Shown piece after piece: positions 20,567-29,770 of a stretch of DNA of 64,000 bases. The translations under genes and the position numbers were made by a program. Each line of letters starts with the position of its first letter. Position 1 is the stretch's first letter. The stretch comes from an uncultured Actinomycetota bacterium. GTDB taxonomy: Bacteria > Actinomycetota > Actinomycetes > JAFAQI01. The stretch covers positions 160,001 through 224,000 of the forward strand of contig CAVYQE010000011.1 in assembly GCA_963770565.1 (NCBI GenBank), given 5' to 3'. The notes beneath the pieces are model-generated. The model was not told where the DNA came from. It was given only the letters and a program-made list of their open reading frames with translations, and did not search any database.

Positions 20567-20889
20567 GCGTTTCCACCCACGTCCTCGACAGTGTGACCGG
20601 CCGCCCAGCGGCCGGCGTTTCCGTCCTCCTCGAGCGGGGCGTCGAGCACGACTGGGAGCAGGTCGGTGCCGACACCACCGACGAGGGCGGCCGGATCGGC
20701 GCGTTCGGCGAGGTGTCGGCCGGCGTACACCGGATCACCTTCGACACCGGCGCCTACTACGCGGCGCTCGGGGTCGAGACGTTCTACCCGCAGGTCACCG
20801 TCGTCTTCGAGGTGACCGACGCCGGGCGGCATCACCACGTGCCATTGCTGCTGAGCCCGTTCGCCTACTCGACCTATCTTGGGAGCTAG
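20563..20889 (+). CDS. uraH: 5-hydroxyisourate hydrolase
   Basis: STHVLD...G.PA and HVPLLLSPFAYSTY motifs; terminal YLGS instead of the usual YRGS. Confidence 0.93.
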   Translation: MSVSTHVLDSVTGRPAAGVSVLLERGVEHDWEQVGADTTDEGGRIGAFGEVSAGVHRITFDTGAYYAALGVETFYPQVTVVFEVTDAGRHHHVPLLLSPFAYSTYLGS

Positions 20890-20895
20890 CCATCC

Positions 20896-21792
20896 ATGGC
20901 CGTGACGTTCGGGGACAACCAGTACGGCAAGGCGGAGGTCCGCTTGGTGCGGGTCACCCGCGAGGGCGACCGGCACGACCTCAAGGACGTCAATGTCTCC
21001 ACCGCGTTGCGTGGTGACTTCGCGGCGGCGCATCTGCACGGCGACAACTCGCACGTGGTCGCTACCGATACGCAGAAGAACACGGTCTTCGCCTTTGCGC
21101 AGCAGTTCGGTGTGGGCGCCATCGAGGACTTCGCGCTCCGGCTCGGGAGGCATTTCGTGGACTCCTTCGACTGGGTGACCGGCGCCAAGGTCACGATCGA
21201 GGAATACAACTGGGACCGGATCGCCGTCGACGGCGTGCCGCACGAGCACTCCTTCTCGCGCGCGGATGCCGGCACCCGCACCACGGTCGCGACCATCGAG
21301 GGCTCGGCCGCCTGGGTGGTGTCAGGGATTTCGAACCTCGTGGTCCTGAAGACGACCGGTTCGGAGTTCACCGGGTTCCCGCGGGACCGCTACACCACTC
21401 TTCCCGAGGACCGTGACCGGATCCTCGCCACCGCGATCACGGCCCGGTGGCGCTATGCGGCCGTCGACGGCATCGACTGGGACATCAGCTTCTCCGAGGT
21501 GCAGCGAACCCTGTTGGCGTCGTTCGCCCGCAAGCAGAGCCTCGCCCTGCAGCAGTCGCTGTACTGCATGGGGGAGCAGGTGCTGCTCGCCCGCCCGGAG
21601 GTAGCCGAGATCAAGATGTCGATGCCCAACAAACACCACTTCCTCGTCGACCTTGCGCCGTTCGACCTGCCCAACGAGCGCGAGGTGTATTACGCGGCGG
21701 ACCGTCCGTACGGTCTGATCGAAGGCACCGTTGCGCGCGACGACGCACCCGAGCCAGGCCTGGCCTGGCAGAGCATCCCGGGCTTCTGCTGA
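20896..21792 (+). CDS. pucL: Urate oxidase (uricase)
   Basis: NQYGKAEVR, TDTQKNTV, LKTTGSEF, SLALQ and MPNKHH motifs. Confidence 0.95.
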   Translation: MAVTFGDNQYGKAEVRLVRVTREGDRHDLKDVNVSTALRGDFAAAHLHGDNSHVVATDTQKNTVFAFAQQFGVGAIEDFALRLGRHFVDSFDWVTGAKVTIEEYNWDRIAVDGVPHEHSFSRADAGTRTTVATIEGSAAWVVSGISNLVVLKTTGSEFTGFPRDRYTTLPEDRDRILATAITARWRYAAVDGIDWDISFSEVQRTLLASFARKQSLALQQSLYCMGEQVLLARPEVAEIKMSMPNKHHFLVDLAPFDLPNEREVYYAADRPYGLIEGTVARDDAPEPGLAWQSIPGFC

Positions 21793-23144
21793 TGGCCAGC
21801 GTCGTCATCGACGGGTGTGCCGTCGCCACCGTGGATGCCGCCGGCACCGAGTACGACAGCGGCTACGTCGTCGTCACCGACGGGCGGATCGCCGCGGTCG
21901 GCGGCGGCCCGGCGCCCGATGTCGCCGATGCCCGGCGCGTCGATGGAACGGGCTGCCTGGCAACGCCCGGTCTGGTCAACACCCATCACCACCTCTACCA
22001 ACGGCTGACCCGCGGGCGGGCCCAGGACAACACGCTGTTCGAGTGGCTGGTCGCGCTGTATCCGATCTGGGGCCAGCTCGACGCGGAGCTCGAGTACGCC
22101 GCGGCCGCCGCCGGACTCGCCACCCTTGCGCTGTCCGGTTGCACCACGTCCACCGATCATCACTACGTCTTTCCGCACGCAGGCGGCGATGTGCTCGGTG
22201 CGGAGATCGAGGCGGCCGCCCGGATCGGGCTCCGATTCCATCCCTGCCGTGGCTCGATGGACCTCGGTCAGTCACAGGGCGGCTTACCGCCCGACCATGT
22301 CGTCGAGGACCGCGACGCGATCCTGGCTGCCTGTGAGGACGCGGTCCACCGCCATCACGACCCGGCGTTCGACTCGATGGTGCGGATCGCGCTCGCGCCG
22401 TGCTCGCCGTTCTCGGTGACCGGGGAGCTGATGCGAGAGTCGGCCGAGCTGGCCCGTCGGCTCGGAGTGCGGATGCACACCCACCTGGCCGAGACGAGCG
22501 ATGAAGACGACTTCTGCAACGAGAACTTCGGTTGCCGTCCGGTCGAGTACATCGAGTCGCTCGGTTGGCTGGGTGACGACGTCTGGCTGGCGCACTGCGT
22601 GCATCTCAACGAACCCGACATCGCCAAGCTGGCCGCGACGGGGACCGGCACCGCGCACTGCCCGAGTTCGAACGGCCGGCTCGGCGCGGGCATCGCTCCG
22701 GTGCCTGAATTGCTGGGCGCCGGCGCACCGGTCGGACTCGGGGTCGATGGTCCGGCGTCGAACGAACACGGTGGTCTCGCCGGTGAACTGCGCCAAGCGA
22801 TGCTTGCCGCACGTGCGCGACGCGGCCCGACCGCGCTGACCGCACGTCAGTCGCTGGCAATCGGCACCGCTGGTGGCGCGCGCTGCCTCGGGCGCCAGGA
22901 CGAGATCGGTTCGCTGGAGCCCGGCAAGCTCGGCGACGTCGCGCTCTGGCGTCTCGACGGGCTCGGACACGCTGATATCGCCGACCCGGTATGTGCGCTG
23001 GTCTTCGGGCCACCCGCGCCGTTGGAATTGCTGCTCGTCGGTGGCAACCCGGTCGTCGACGGCGGCGAGCTGCGGACCGCGGACGTCCGGACCCTCGCGC
23101 ACGAGTCCGGGGCGGCCGCGCGGGAGCTTGCTCGCCGGGTCTAG
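21792..23144 (+). CDS. 8-oxoguanine deaminase-like amidohydrolase
   Basis: NTHHHLYQ, PCSPFSV, HTHLAE, HCPSSN and GVDG.ASN motifs. Confidence 0.88.
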   Translation: MASVVIDGCAVATVDAAGTEYDSGYVVVTDGRIAAVGGGPAPDVADARRVDGTGCLATPGLVNTHHHLYQRLTRGRAQDNTLFEWLVALYPIWGQLDAELEYAAAAAGLATLALSGCTTSTDHHYVFPHAGGDVLGAEIEAAARIGLRFHPCRGSMDLGQSQGGLPPDHVVEDRDAILAACEDAVHRHHDPAFDSMVRIALAPCSPFSVTGELMRESAELARRLGVRMHTHLAETSDEDDFCNENFGCRPVEYIESLGWLGDDVWLAHCVHLNEPDIAKLAATGTGTAHCPSSNGRLGAGIAPVPELLGAGAPVGLGVDGPASNEHGGLAGELRQAMLAARARRGPTALTARQSLAIGTAGGARCLGRQDEIGSLEPGKLGDVALWRLDGLGHADIADPVCALVFGPPAPLELLLVGGNPVVDGGELRTADVRTLAHESGAAARELARRV

Positions 23145-23242
23145 TGCCCGTGCCAAGCAATGTCACATTGCCCCCACCTTTGTGGGGGCAATGTGACAGC
23201 ACCCCCCGGATTGGCTGGGCAATGTGACATTGCTTGGGGGCA
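23145..23242. repeat. REP/MITE-like palindromic element with 31-bp periodic GCAATGT(C/G)ACA
   Basis: Perfect 21-bp IR 23153-23173/23217-23237; 17-bp hairpin 23161-23198; motif at 23157, 23188 and 23219; flanked by CTAG/CCAG. Confidence 0.8.
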
Positions 23243-23358
23243 CCAGCCTCTGGCCGATGTGCGCCAGGGACCTTCGGCACTGGACCGCAGGTTTGGTGAG
23301 GTCCAGGATGCGGTAAGAGCGACAGCTCCGGAGCACGCGAGCAGTCAGGAGTTCCTGA

Positions 23359-24000
23359 GTGACCGGATCGGTGCCCGATGTGGGCTACGCCGTACGAATG
23401 CAGGTCGATGTACCCGAGGCGCCGCTCAACCGGCTCACCACCGCGTTTCGGATCGTCGTGGCGATCCCCATTCTGATCGTTCTCTCGCTCGTGAACAGCG
23501 CCTCGATGTCGTGGAGCAACAATGGCCAGAGCCACGGACTGGCCGCGGTCGGCGGACTGCTGTTCTTTGGCCCGCTGGTGATGATTCTCTTCCGGCAGAA
23601 GTACCCACGCTGGTGGTTCGACTGGAACGTCGCACTTCTGCGCTTCATCAACCGCGTCGGCATCTACATGCTGTTGCTGCGCGATGAGTACCCCTCGACC
23701 GATGCCGAGCAGGCGCTTCATCTCGACATTGACTACCCCGACGTGCCCAACGACCTGAACCGCTGGCTGCCGCTGGTGAAGTGGTTCCTCGCCATTCCCC
23801 ACTACGTCGTGCTCTTTTTCTTGACGATCGGGGTCGTCGTTGCGGTCATCATCGCGTGGTTCGCGATCCTGTTCACCGGTCGGTATCCGGCCGGGCTCTT
23901 CGACTTCGTCGTCGGGGTGATGCGCTGGCACAACCGTGTCATCGGCTACGCATACATTCTCGTCACCGACCGCTACCCGCCGTTCAGTCTCAGCGCGTGA
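23359..24000 (+). CDS. DUF4389 membrane protein
   Basis: Two repeats LNR....KW.LAIPH / YP..LFDF / TD.YPPF. Start may be the ATG at 23398. Confidence 0.85.
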   Translation: MTGSVPDVGYAVRMQVDVPEAPLNRLTTAFRIVVAIPILIVLSLVNSASMSWSNNGQSHGLAAVGGLLFFGPLVMILFRQKYPRWWFDWNVALLRFINRVGIYMLLLRDEYPSTDAEQALHLDIDYPDVPNDLNRWLPLVKWFLAIPHYVVLFFLTIGVVVAVIIAWFAILFTGRYPAGLFDFVVGVMRWHNRVIGYAYILVTDRYPPFSLSA

Positions 24001-24022
24001 CTGTGATCGAGGAGTTGGCCTG

Positions 24023-24226
24023 ATGGCGAGAGACACCGCCGGCCGGAACAGGCGGGCCGCCAGAAACAGCGGGGCCGGCGGGATCTGGTTCCTCGGCTTC
24101 ATCGGCGCGCTCGTGTACTACCTGCACTACCACTCCGGCACCTTCTGGCTGGTCGTTCTCGCGTTCCTGAAGGCGTTCGTCTGGCCGGCGTTCCTCGTCT
24201 ACCACCTGCTGCAGCTGCACGGGTAG
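24023..24226 (+). CDS. Conserved small membrane protein
   Basis: GAGGAG RBS; G.W.LGFIGALVYY...FW..VL.FLKA.VWPAFLVY pattern. Confidence 0.75.
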   Translation: MARDTAGRNRRAARNSGAGGIWFLGFIGALVYYLHYHSGTFWLVVLAFLKAFVWPAFLVYHLLQLHG

Positions 24227-24246
24227 ACGAGATCGAACGGGCCTCG

Positions 24247-24903
24247 ATGCGTTTCCGGGACCGCGTCGATGCGGGTCAGCGGCTCGCTCAAGTGCTGATC
24301 CCGTGGCGCGACGAGTCGCCCGTCGTCCTGGGTCTGCCGCGCGGAGGTGTCCCCGTCGCCGCCGAGGTCGCCCGCGGGCTCGATGCCCCGCTGGACGTGC
24401 TCGTGGTGCGCAAGCTCGGCCTGCCCGTGCAGCCGGAACTAGCGATGGGGGCGATCGGTGAGGGCGGGGTGCGAGTCATCAACGAGACGGTCGTCTACCG
24501 GGCGGGCGTGTCCGATGCCGAACTGGCCCGGGTGGAAGGCATCGAGCAGGTCGAGCTGGATCGGCAGGCCAGTCGCTTTCGTGGCGACCGTCCGCCGGTG
24601 CCGCTGGCCGGCCGCACTGCATTGATCGTCGACGACGGGATCGCGACCGGGTCGACCGCTCTGGTGGCCGTTCAGGTGGCGCGAGCGTTCGGGGCGGCGC
24701 GGGTCGTGGTGGCGGCACCGGTCGCTGCGCCGAGCTCGGTCCGGGACATTCGCTCGATCGCCGACGATGTCGTATGCCTCGAAACCCCGATCGCATTCGC
24801 GGCGGTCGGACAGTGGTACGACGACTTCCGGCCGACCACCGACGACGACGTGATCCGGTGTCTTCGGTCCGCCCGGGTGGACGGGCCCTCAACCGCTCAG
24901 TAA
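24247..24903 (+). CDS. Phosphoribosyltransferase-family protein
   Basis: FRDR.DAG, GLPRGGVPVA, VDDGIATGST and AVGQWY.DF motifs. Confidence 0.9.
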   Translation: MRFRDRVDAGQRLAQVLIPWRDESPVVLGLPRGGVPVAAEVARGLDAPLDVLVVRKLGLPVQPELAMGAIGEGGVRVINETVVYRAGVSDAELARVEGIEQVELDRQASRFRGDRPPVPLAGRTALIVDDGIATGSTALVAVQVARAFGAARVVVAAPVAAPSSVRDIRSIADDVVCLETPIAFAAVGQWYDDFRPTTDDDVIRCLRSARVDGPSTAQ

Positions 24904-25653
24904 TGCCCCGGCGTCGGCGATCTGGCCGGGCAGGCCCAGCACGTCGAGGATCTTCCACGTCGTGGCGGTAGCGGCGGAGAGGACTGGCCGGTTGAGTTCG
25001 GTCTCGACCGTTGCGATGCTGGCGAGCGACGGCATCTGGACGCAGGCCGAAAGGATGACCACGTCGGCGCGTGCAAGGTCGAGCTGGCGGGCGAGCCCGG
25101 GGAGTTGCGACGGGGGGAGCTGGGCGACCTTCAGGTTGTCATCGACGCCGAGACTGATCGAGTCGCACACGTCGATGCCCGCGCTGTTCAAGCCGGCGAG
25201 CACGGCATCAGTGAGGGCCGGCAGGTACGGCGTGACCACGGCCACGGTTCGGGCCCCGAGGTGCTTGACCGCCTCGACGAGTGCGCCCGCGCTGGAGATG
25301 ACCGGAGTCTCGCGGTCATCGGTGCGGGCCGCCAGCCGCAGGTCCGCTTCGATCGCCCGGTAACCACGGGAGTCGATCATCGTTGCGACCAGGCAGGCGT
25401 ATGCGATGACATCGCAGGCGGCATCTGCGAGCGCCGCCGCCGCGTCGGCGCCCTGAGCGTTCATCGCGGCGAGCTCGGCCGGCTCCACCCGCTTCATCCG
25501 CACCCGCGACGAGTGGAAGGTGAAGCGTTCAGGCTTCGCCTGCTCGCGGCGATGCAGCATCGCGGGTATCTCGGTCTCCATCGTGACGTTTGAGCTCGGC
25601 ACGATCAGACCGACCCGAATCGCCTGAGTGGCAGGGTCGTCCGGGGTGCTCAC
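24889..25653 (-). CDS. nicE: Maleate cis-trans isomerase
   Basis: IVPSSNVTMETEIPAM, YACLVA and LSACVQMPSL (both catalytic Cys) motifs. Confidence 0.9.
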   Translation of the reverse strand: MSTPDDPATQAIRVGLIVPSSNVTMETEIPAMLHRREQAKPERFTFHSSRVRMKRVEPAELAAMNAQGADAAAALADAACDVIAYACLVATMIDSRGYRAIEADLRLAARTDDRETPVISSAGALVEAVKHLGARTVAVVTPYLPALTDAVLAGLNSAGIDVCDSISLGVDDNLKVAQLPPSQLPGLARQLDLARADVVILSACVQMPSLASIATVETELNRPVLSAATATTWKILDVLGLPGQIADAGALLSG

Positions 25654-25654
25654 C

Positions 25655-26308
25655 TCAGCTCGTACGGCGGCCGGTGCCCGCCAGCCCTGAGCCGACCGCG
25701 TCGCCGGGCTCGACGGACTCGAGATCGTCCAACGAGACCATCGCGGCCTTCAGCAGGGGGACGGCGAGGCGGCTCGCCTCAGGCACCCTGATCCGATCGA
25801 CCATGTACTGATGTTTGGCCCGGGCCTGACCGATCCCGCACTCGCCGGTGATCACCCACGACCTGACCACGTCCTGCAGCGTCTCGAGGAACGACAGCGA
25901 GTCGGCGGCCTGCAGGAGATCCGCGCCCTCGAGGCCGCCGAACTCGTGCAGGGTGATGAGCCGGCGCAGCTCGGCGCGCGACAGCCCGTCCGCGGCGTCG
26001 CTGTTCTCGTGCACCCAGACCCCGACGACCTCGGCGGACCGGCGGCCGTGCGCGTAGAGATAGTCAGGGTCGTCCCAGCGTCCGGTCGCACGGTCGAACA
26101 CCGGTCCGCCCGGAAACATTCGCTCGATGTCGTGGGTGACTGCGGCCAGCCTGAGCTCGAGCGAGGCGTCCGGATCGAGCCGGACCACCCAGTCCCGGGC
26201 GCGTTCGAGGTGCAGCGCCTGGCTGAACGGCGCGATCCACGCAATCGCTCGCCGCTCGATTTCAGTGCTCGCGTCTATCCGCGGCGCCTCGTCACTGATG
26301 TCGGTCAA
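25655..26308 (-). CDS. HD-superfamily (DUF4202-like) putative phosphohydrolase
   Basis: H...AAVTHDIER...H...HE...AADSLSFLE metal ligands; TTG start with GGGAGG RBS. Confidence 0.7.
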   Translation of the reverse strand: MTDISDEAPRIDASTEIERRAIAWIAPFSQALHLERARDWVVRLDPDASLELRLAAVTHDIERMFPGGPVFDRATGRWDDPDYLYAHGRRSAEVVGVWVHENSDAADGLSRAELRRLITLHEFGGLEGADLLQAADSLSFLETLQDVVRSWVITGECGIGQARAKHQYMVDRIRVPEASRLAVPLLKAAMVSLDDLESVEPGDAVGSGLAGTGRRTS

Positions 26309-26341
26309 CTCGCACTCCCTCCCGACGTGCTGGTCGCGGGC

Positions 26342-27172
26342 TCACGCGGGGGCCCCTGCTGTGATCGCCGCGATGAAGTTCTCGATCTCGGTCGTGGTGT
26401 CGTCGAGGTTGTCCCACGGAACCATGTGCCCGCAGCCCGCCACCGACCGCACGGTGGCCCTTGGGTTGACGCGTCCCAGCGTCTCCGCGTCCGTTTCGGT
26501 CACCACCGGACTCTTGTCGCCGTACAGAAGGAGTGCAGGCGGCTCCACCTCGCTCCAGACCGGCTCGAATGCTTCGAGGTGGAACCATGAATAGCTCTCC
26601 ACGACCCCGACCTCGTCGCACGACCCCAGCCACTCGGCCCGCGATCGGATCTGCTCGTCGCTCCACGTCGGGTAGTGGTGCCGGGCCTGCTCTTCACCAT
26701 GGCCCATCCGAGCGCCCTGGATCCCCCCGACAAAGACATCCAGGGCGGTCGGATATGGCCGCCGGCCAGGGCCGGACATTGGCGGATCGATGGCGACGAC
26801 CCCCGACCCGCTGCCCGGAAACCGGGCCCGGGCGGCCGCCACGACGCGCGCGCCGAGCGAGTGCCCGATCAGCACCGCGCGCTCGAGTCCGGCCGTCTCG
26901 ACGAGGGCGAGGACATCGTTCGCGTAGTCGCCCGCGCGATGTGTACCCGGGCCGGAACGCTCGGACAGCCCGCGCCCTCTCATGTCGAGCACATAGACGT
27001 CGCCGACCACCGGCGAGTGGCTGAGCCGCTCGGCCGCGAAGGCGAACGCACCGGCCGGCGTCGTGATGCCTGGAACGACGACGACCGGTGGTCCGCCAGC
27101 GCTGCCCGGATGCCGGACCGCATGCATCCGCAGACCTGCGGAGGAGAAGAAGATGTGGTCCGTTGCGGTCAC
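26342..27172 (-). CDS. nicD: Alpha/beta hydrolase, N-formylmaleamate deformylase-like
   Basis: PGITTPA, DMRGRGLS, GHSLG, DPPMSGPGRRPYP and GHMVPWD motifs; GTGA overlap with the permease. Confidence 0.88.
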   Translation of the reverse strand: MTATDHIFFSSAGLRMHAVRHPGSAGGPPVVVVPGITTPAGAFAFAAERLSHSPVVGDVYVLDMRGRGLSERSGPGTHRAGDYANDVLALVETAGLERAVLIGHSLGARVVAAARARFPGSGSGVVAIDPPMSGPGRRPYPTALDVFVGGIQGARMGHGEEQARHHYPTWSDEQIRSRAEWLGSCDEVGVVESYSWFHLEAFEPVWSEVEPPALLLYGDKSPVVTETDAETLGRVNPRATVRSVAGCGHMVPWDNLDDTTTEIENFIAAITAGAPA

Positions 27173-28656
27173 GAGGTCGCGGTCACTTCCGACATCGGCT
27201 CGACTCCCGCGCTCACCTGGTTCTTCATCAACATGGTGAGAATCACGTAGACGATGCCGCCTCCGAGCGCCGCCATCAGCCAGGAAAGGTCGACACCCTT
27301 GACCGAACTCTCCAGTGGACCGGTGAACAGCGTGGTGGTGGAGAACAGCAGGCCGAACCCGGCGCCGACCAGCCAGGCGATCGCCGCCGCGGGGTTGAGG
27401 CCGGCGGTGTACCAGTACCGGCCGCGTGCTCCCGGAATCGCGAACGCGTGCAGGTCGGTGGGCGCGTACTCGCCCTTGTTCATCACGTAGTGGATCCCGA
27501 CGATGACCAGCCACGGGGTTGCGCTGACCACCATGATCGTCACGAATGACTCGACGTTCGTGATGAAGTTCGACGCGACCACCAGCAGGTAGGTCAGGCC
27601 GAGGGCCAGAGCGCTCAGCGCCACCGCGATGTGCCAGCGCTGGAACCGGAGGAAGAACGGCCAGGAGCCGACGTCGAGGGCCGCGTTATAGACCGACATC
27701 GCCGCGCTCTGGATGTTGGACGCGAGACCGAGGACGAGCAACATCGGGAGGACGAACCAGCCCGGTGCCGCGGCCGTGATGCCACCGACGAAGTTGAACG
27801 CGTCGCCGGGGAACGAGGTCGCCGCAAACGCCGCCGCCAGCATCGCCAACCAGCATCCGAAGAAGATCCCGGCGAAGCCGTACGCGCCGACCACCTTCGA
27901 GGGGGCCTTTGACGGGATGTAGCGCGCATAGTCACCGACGAACGGGCCCCAGGAGATCGGCAACGAGGCCGCCGTCGTCGTCCCGAGGAACCAGGTCGGC
28001 CAGAAGGTGCCCAGCAGGTAGTCCTTGCCGTGGATGACATGGAACTTCGAGGCAAAGACGGCTACCAGGAGGATTCCGGCCAGGATCGCCACGCCGGTCA
28101 CGGCCCGGTCGCTTCGCTCCAGGGTCCGGTGGCCCAGGATGCCGGCGCCACAGGTCGCGAGGATGACCGCGAGCAACGCGATGGACAGCGCGCCGAGACC
28201 GGTTGACGTGCCCCACCAACGGTTGGCGGTGTAAATCAGTGACTGGGCCGCGGTGTAGACCAGGATCACGAAGAAGCCCATCGCGATGACCCAGGTGATG
28301 CCCGAGCCGATCAGTCGACCGCGTACGCCGAACGCGGCGCCACTCGTGACCTGAACGTTCGTTCCGGTCTTCGGGCACGCCGGGGTGACCGCCAGGAACA
28401 CCAGTGAGCCGACCACTGAGCCGACCGTGATCGCCCAGAACGCGGCCCACCAGCCGAGCCCGAACGCGATCGGCAGCGCGCCGAACAGCATGTTGCCGTA
28501 CCCGAACTGCGGGCCGAAGAACACCGTGAACAGCTCCCACGGTTTGGACTTGCGTTCGACCTCGGGGATCATGTCGATCCCCCGGGTTTCGATCGCGCCG
28601 AAGTCGTCGCGGGCCTGCCCTGCGGCTACGGCGGCGCCTGCCTCGAGATTGGTCAT
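27169..28656 (-). CDS. NCS1 purine-cytosine permease family transporter
   Basis: IETRGID.IP..ER and SWGPFVGDYARYIP motifs; 12 TM; GGAGGGG RBS. Confidence 0.88.
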   Translation of the reverse strand: MTNLEAGAAVAAGQARDDFGAIETRGIDMIPEVERKSKPWELFTVFFGPQFGYGNMLFGALPIAFGLGWWAAFWAITVGSVVGSLVFLAVTPACPKTGTNVQVTSGAAFGVRGRLIGSGITWVIAMGFFVILVYTAAQSLIYTANRWWGTSTGLGALSIALLAVILATCGAGILGHRTLERSDRAVTGVAILAGILLVAVFASKFHVIHGKDYLLGTFWPTWFLGTTTAASLPISWGPFVGDYARYIPSKAPSKVVGAYGFAGIFFGCWLAMLAAAFAATSFPGDAFNFVGGITAAAPGWFVLPMLLVLGLASNIQSAAMSVYNAALDVGSWPFFLRFQRWHIAVALSALALGLTYLLVVASNFITNVESFVTIMVVSATPWLVIVGIHYVMNKGEYAPTDLHAFAIPGARGRYWYTAGLNPAAAIAWLVGAGFGLLFSTTTLFTGPLESSVKGVDLSWLMAALGGGIVYVILTMLMKNQVSAGVEPMSEVTATS

Positions 28657-28723
28657 GTCCCCTCCAGGTTCACGAGCGGTGATGGAGCGATGTGGGTTTG
28701 TCGCTGTTGCTGGTGACCTTGCA

Positions 28724-29764
28724 TTAGCTGCGCGGGCGCATTTCTGCGACGACGATGTCGCCGCGATCGACGATCTGGCGATCGTCGAGGGACAGTGAAT
28801 AACCGTGCAATGGAATGTCGACGTGGCAGGGCGAGGCGTTCGTGCCGCCGAGCTCCTGGTTCGGCCCGGTGGCAAAGAGCACGTTGCCGTAGAAGGAGCG
28901 GCCCTCCTGGCCGATTCCGCGGGTGTCCATCATCGGCGCGGACCAGCGGGCCTTCTCGTTCAGACCCCAGCCGATGTGGGAGATCGCATAGCCGTCCGGG
29001 TCGTTGAACTGATCCATGTAGTCGCGCAGGAGGTCGGCGTCGAGCTCGCCGGAGAAGTCGACGATGCGACCCTTCTCCACCTGCAGCCGGATCGGCGTAC
29101 GGATGTGCGATTTGAACGGGTAGATGATCGTGCCCGGCGCGAGCACCATGGTCCCGTCCACGCCGTCGTCGTGCGCGCCGGTGAAGATGAACCCCGACGG
29201 CCAGTGGTCCCAGCGACCCGGCTCGTCGGTGTAGCCGTACTCGGTGATGGTCGGGTACTTCCCGAGTCGATAGACCAGGTCCGTGCCGTTCTCGTGCTGG
29301 ACCCGCAGGCTCTGCGCGGAGGCGAGCAGGTCGCCGGCGAACTCCACCCGCTCGCGGAGCTCGGTGGTCGGCAGCAACCGGGAGAGAACGTCGATCGGCT
29401 CGACGGCGAGCAGGATCCGGGTGCCCGAGGCCTGGATCTCCAGCTGTTCGGTCGAGAACAACATGAAGACCAGGTCGATGACGATGTCGGCTTCCTTCAG
29501 CGCCGCCATCGCCGCCGGATGGTCGGTGAGCGGGGTGGTCCCGACCGACCAGCCGCCGCCGCCGCTCTTGCCGCGGGTGGCCGGCACCCGGACGTGGTAC
29601 GGCGCGGCCCCGAGCTCCTTCGCGGCCTGCATGAAGGCACCGGCATGGCCCATCAGCTCATCCGGTGCGTCCGAGCTGAGGATCGCGACCGCTTCACCTT
29701 CGTGGACGCCGCACAGGCGCAGCTCCTCCCGGCACACGTTGACGAAGTCATAGTTCATGGTCAC
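28724..29764 (-). CDS. nicX: 2,5-dihydroxypyridine 5,6-dioxygenase
   Basis: EYGYTDEPGRWDHWPSGF, SHIGWG, GNVLF.TGPN and CHVDIP motifs. Confidence 0.88.
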   Translation of the reverse strand: MTMNYDFVNVCREELRLCGVHEGEAVAILSSDAPDELMGHAGAFMQAAKELGAAPYHVRVPATRGKSGGGGWSVGTTPLTDHPAAMAALKEADIVIDLVFMLFSTEQLEIQASGTRILLAVEPIDVLSRLLPTTELRERVEFAGDLLASAQSLRVQHENGTDLVYRLGKYPTITEYGYTDEPGRWDHWPSGFIFTGAHDDGVDGTMVLAPGTIIYPFKSHIRTPIRLQVEKGRIVDFSGELDADLLRDYMDQFNDPDGYAISHIGWGLNEKARWSAPMMDTRGIGQEGRSFYGNVLFATGPNQELGGTNASPCHVDIPLHGYSLSLDDRQIVDRGDIVVAEMRPRS

Positions 29765-29770
29765 TCCTTG

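Noticed and set aside
23145-23242. Mini-CRISPR array
   Set aside because: Repeat is only about 11-13 bp, spacers about 20 bp, three units, and no cas genes.
28724-29764. Leucyl aminopeptidase
   Set aside because: The fold is shared, but NicX-specific motifs and nicD/nicE neighbours favour 2,5-DHP dioxygenase.
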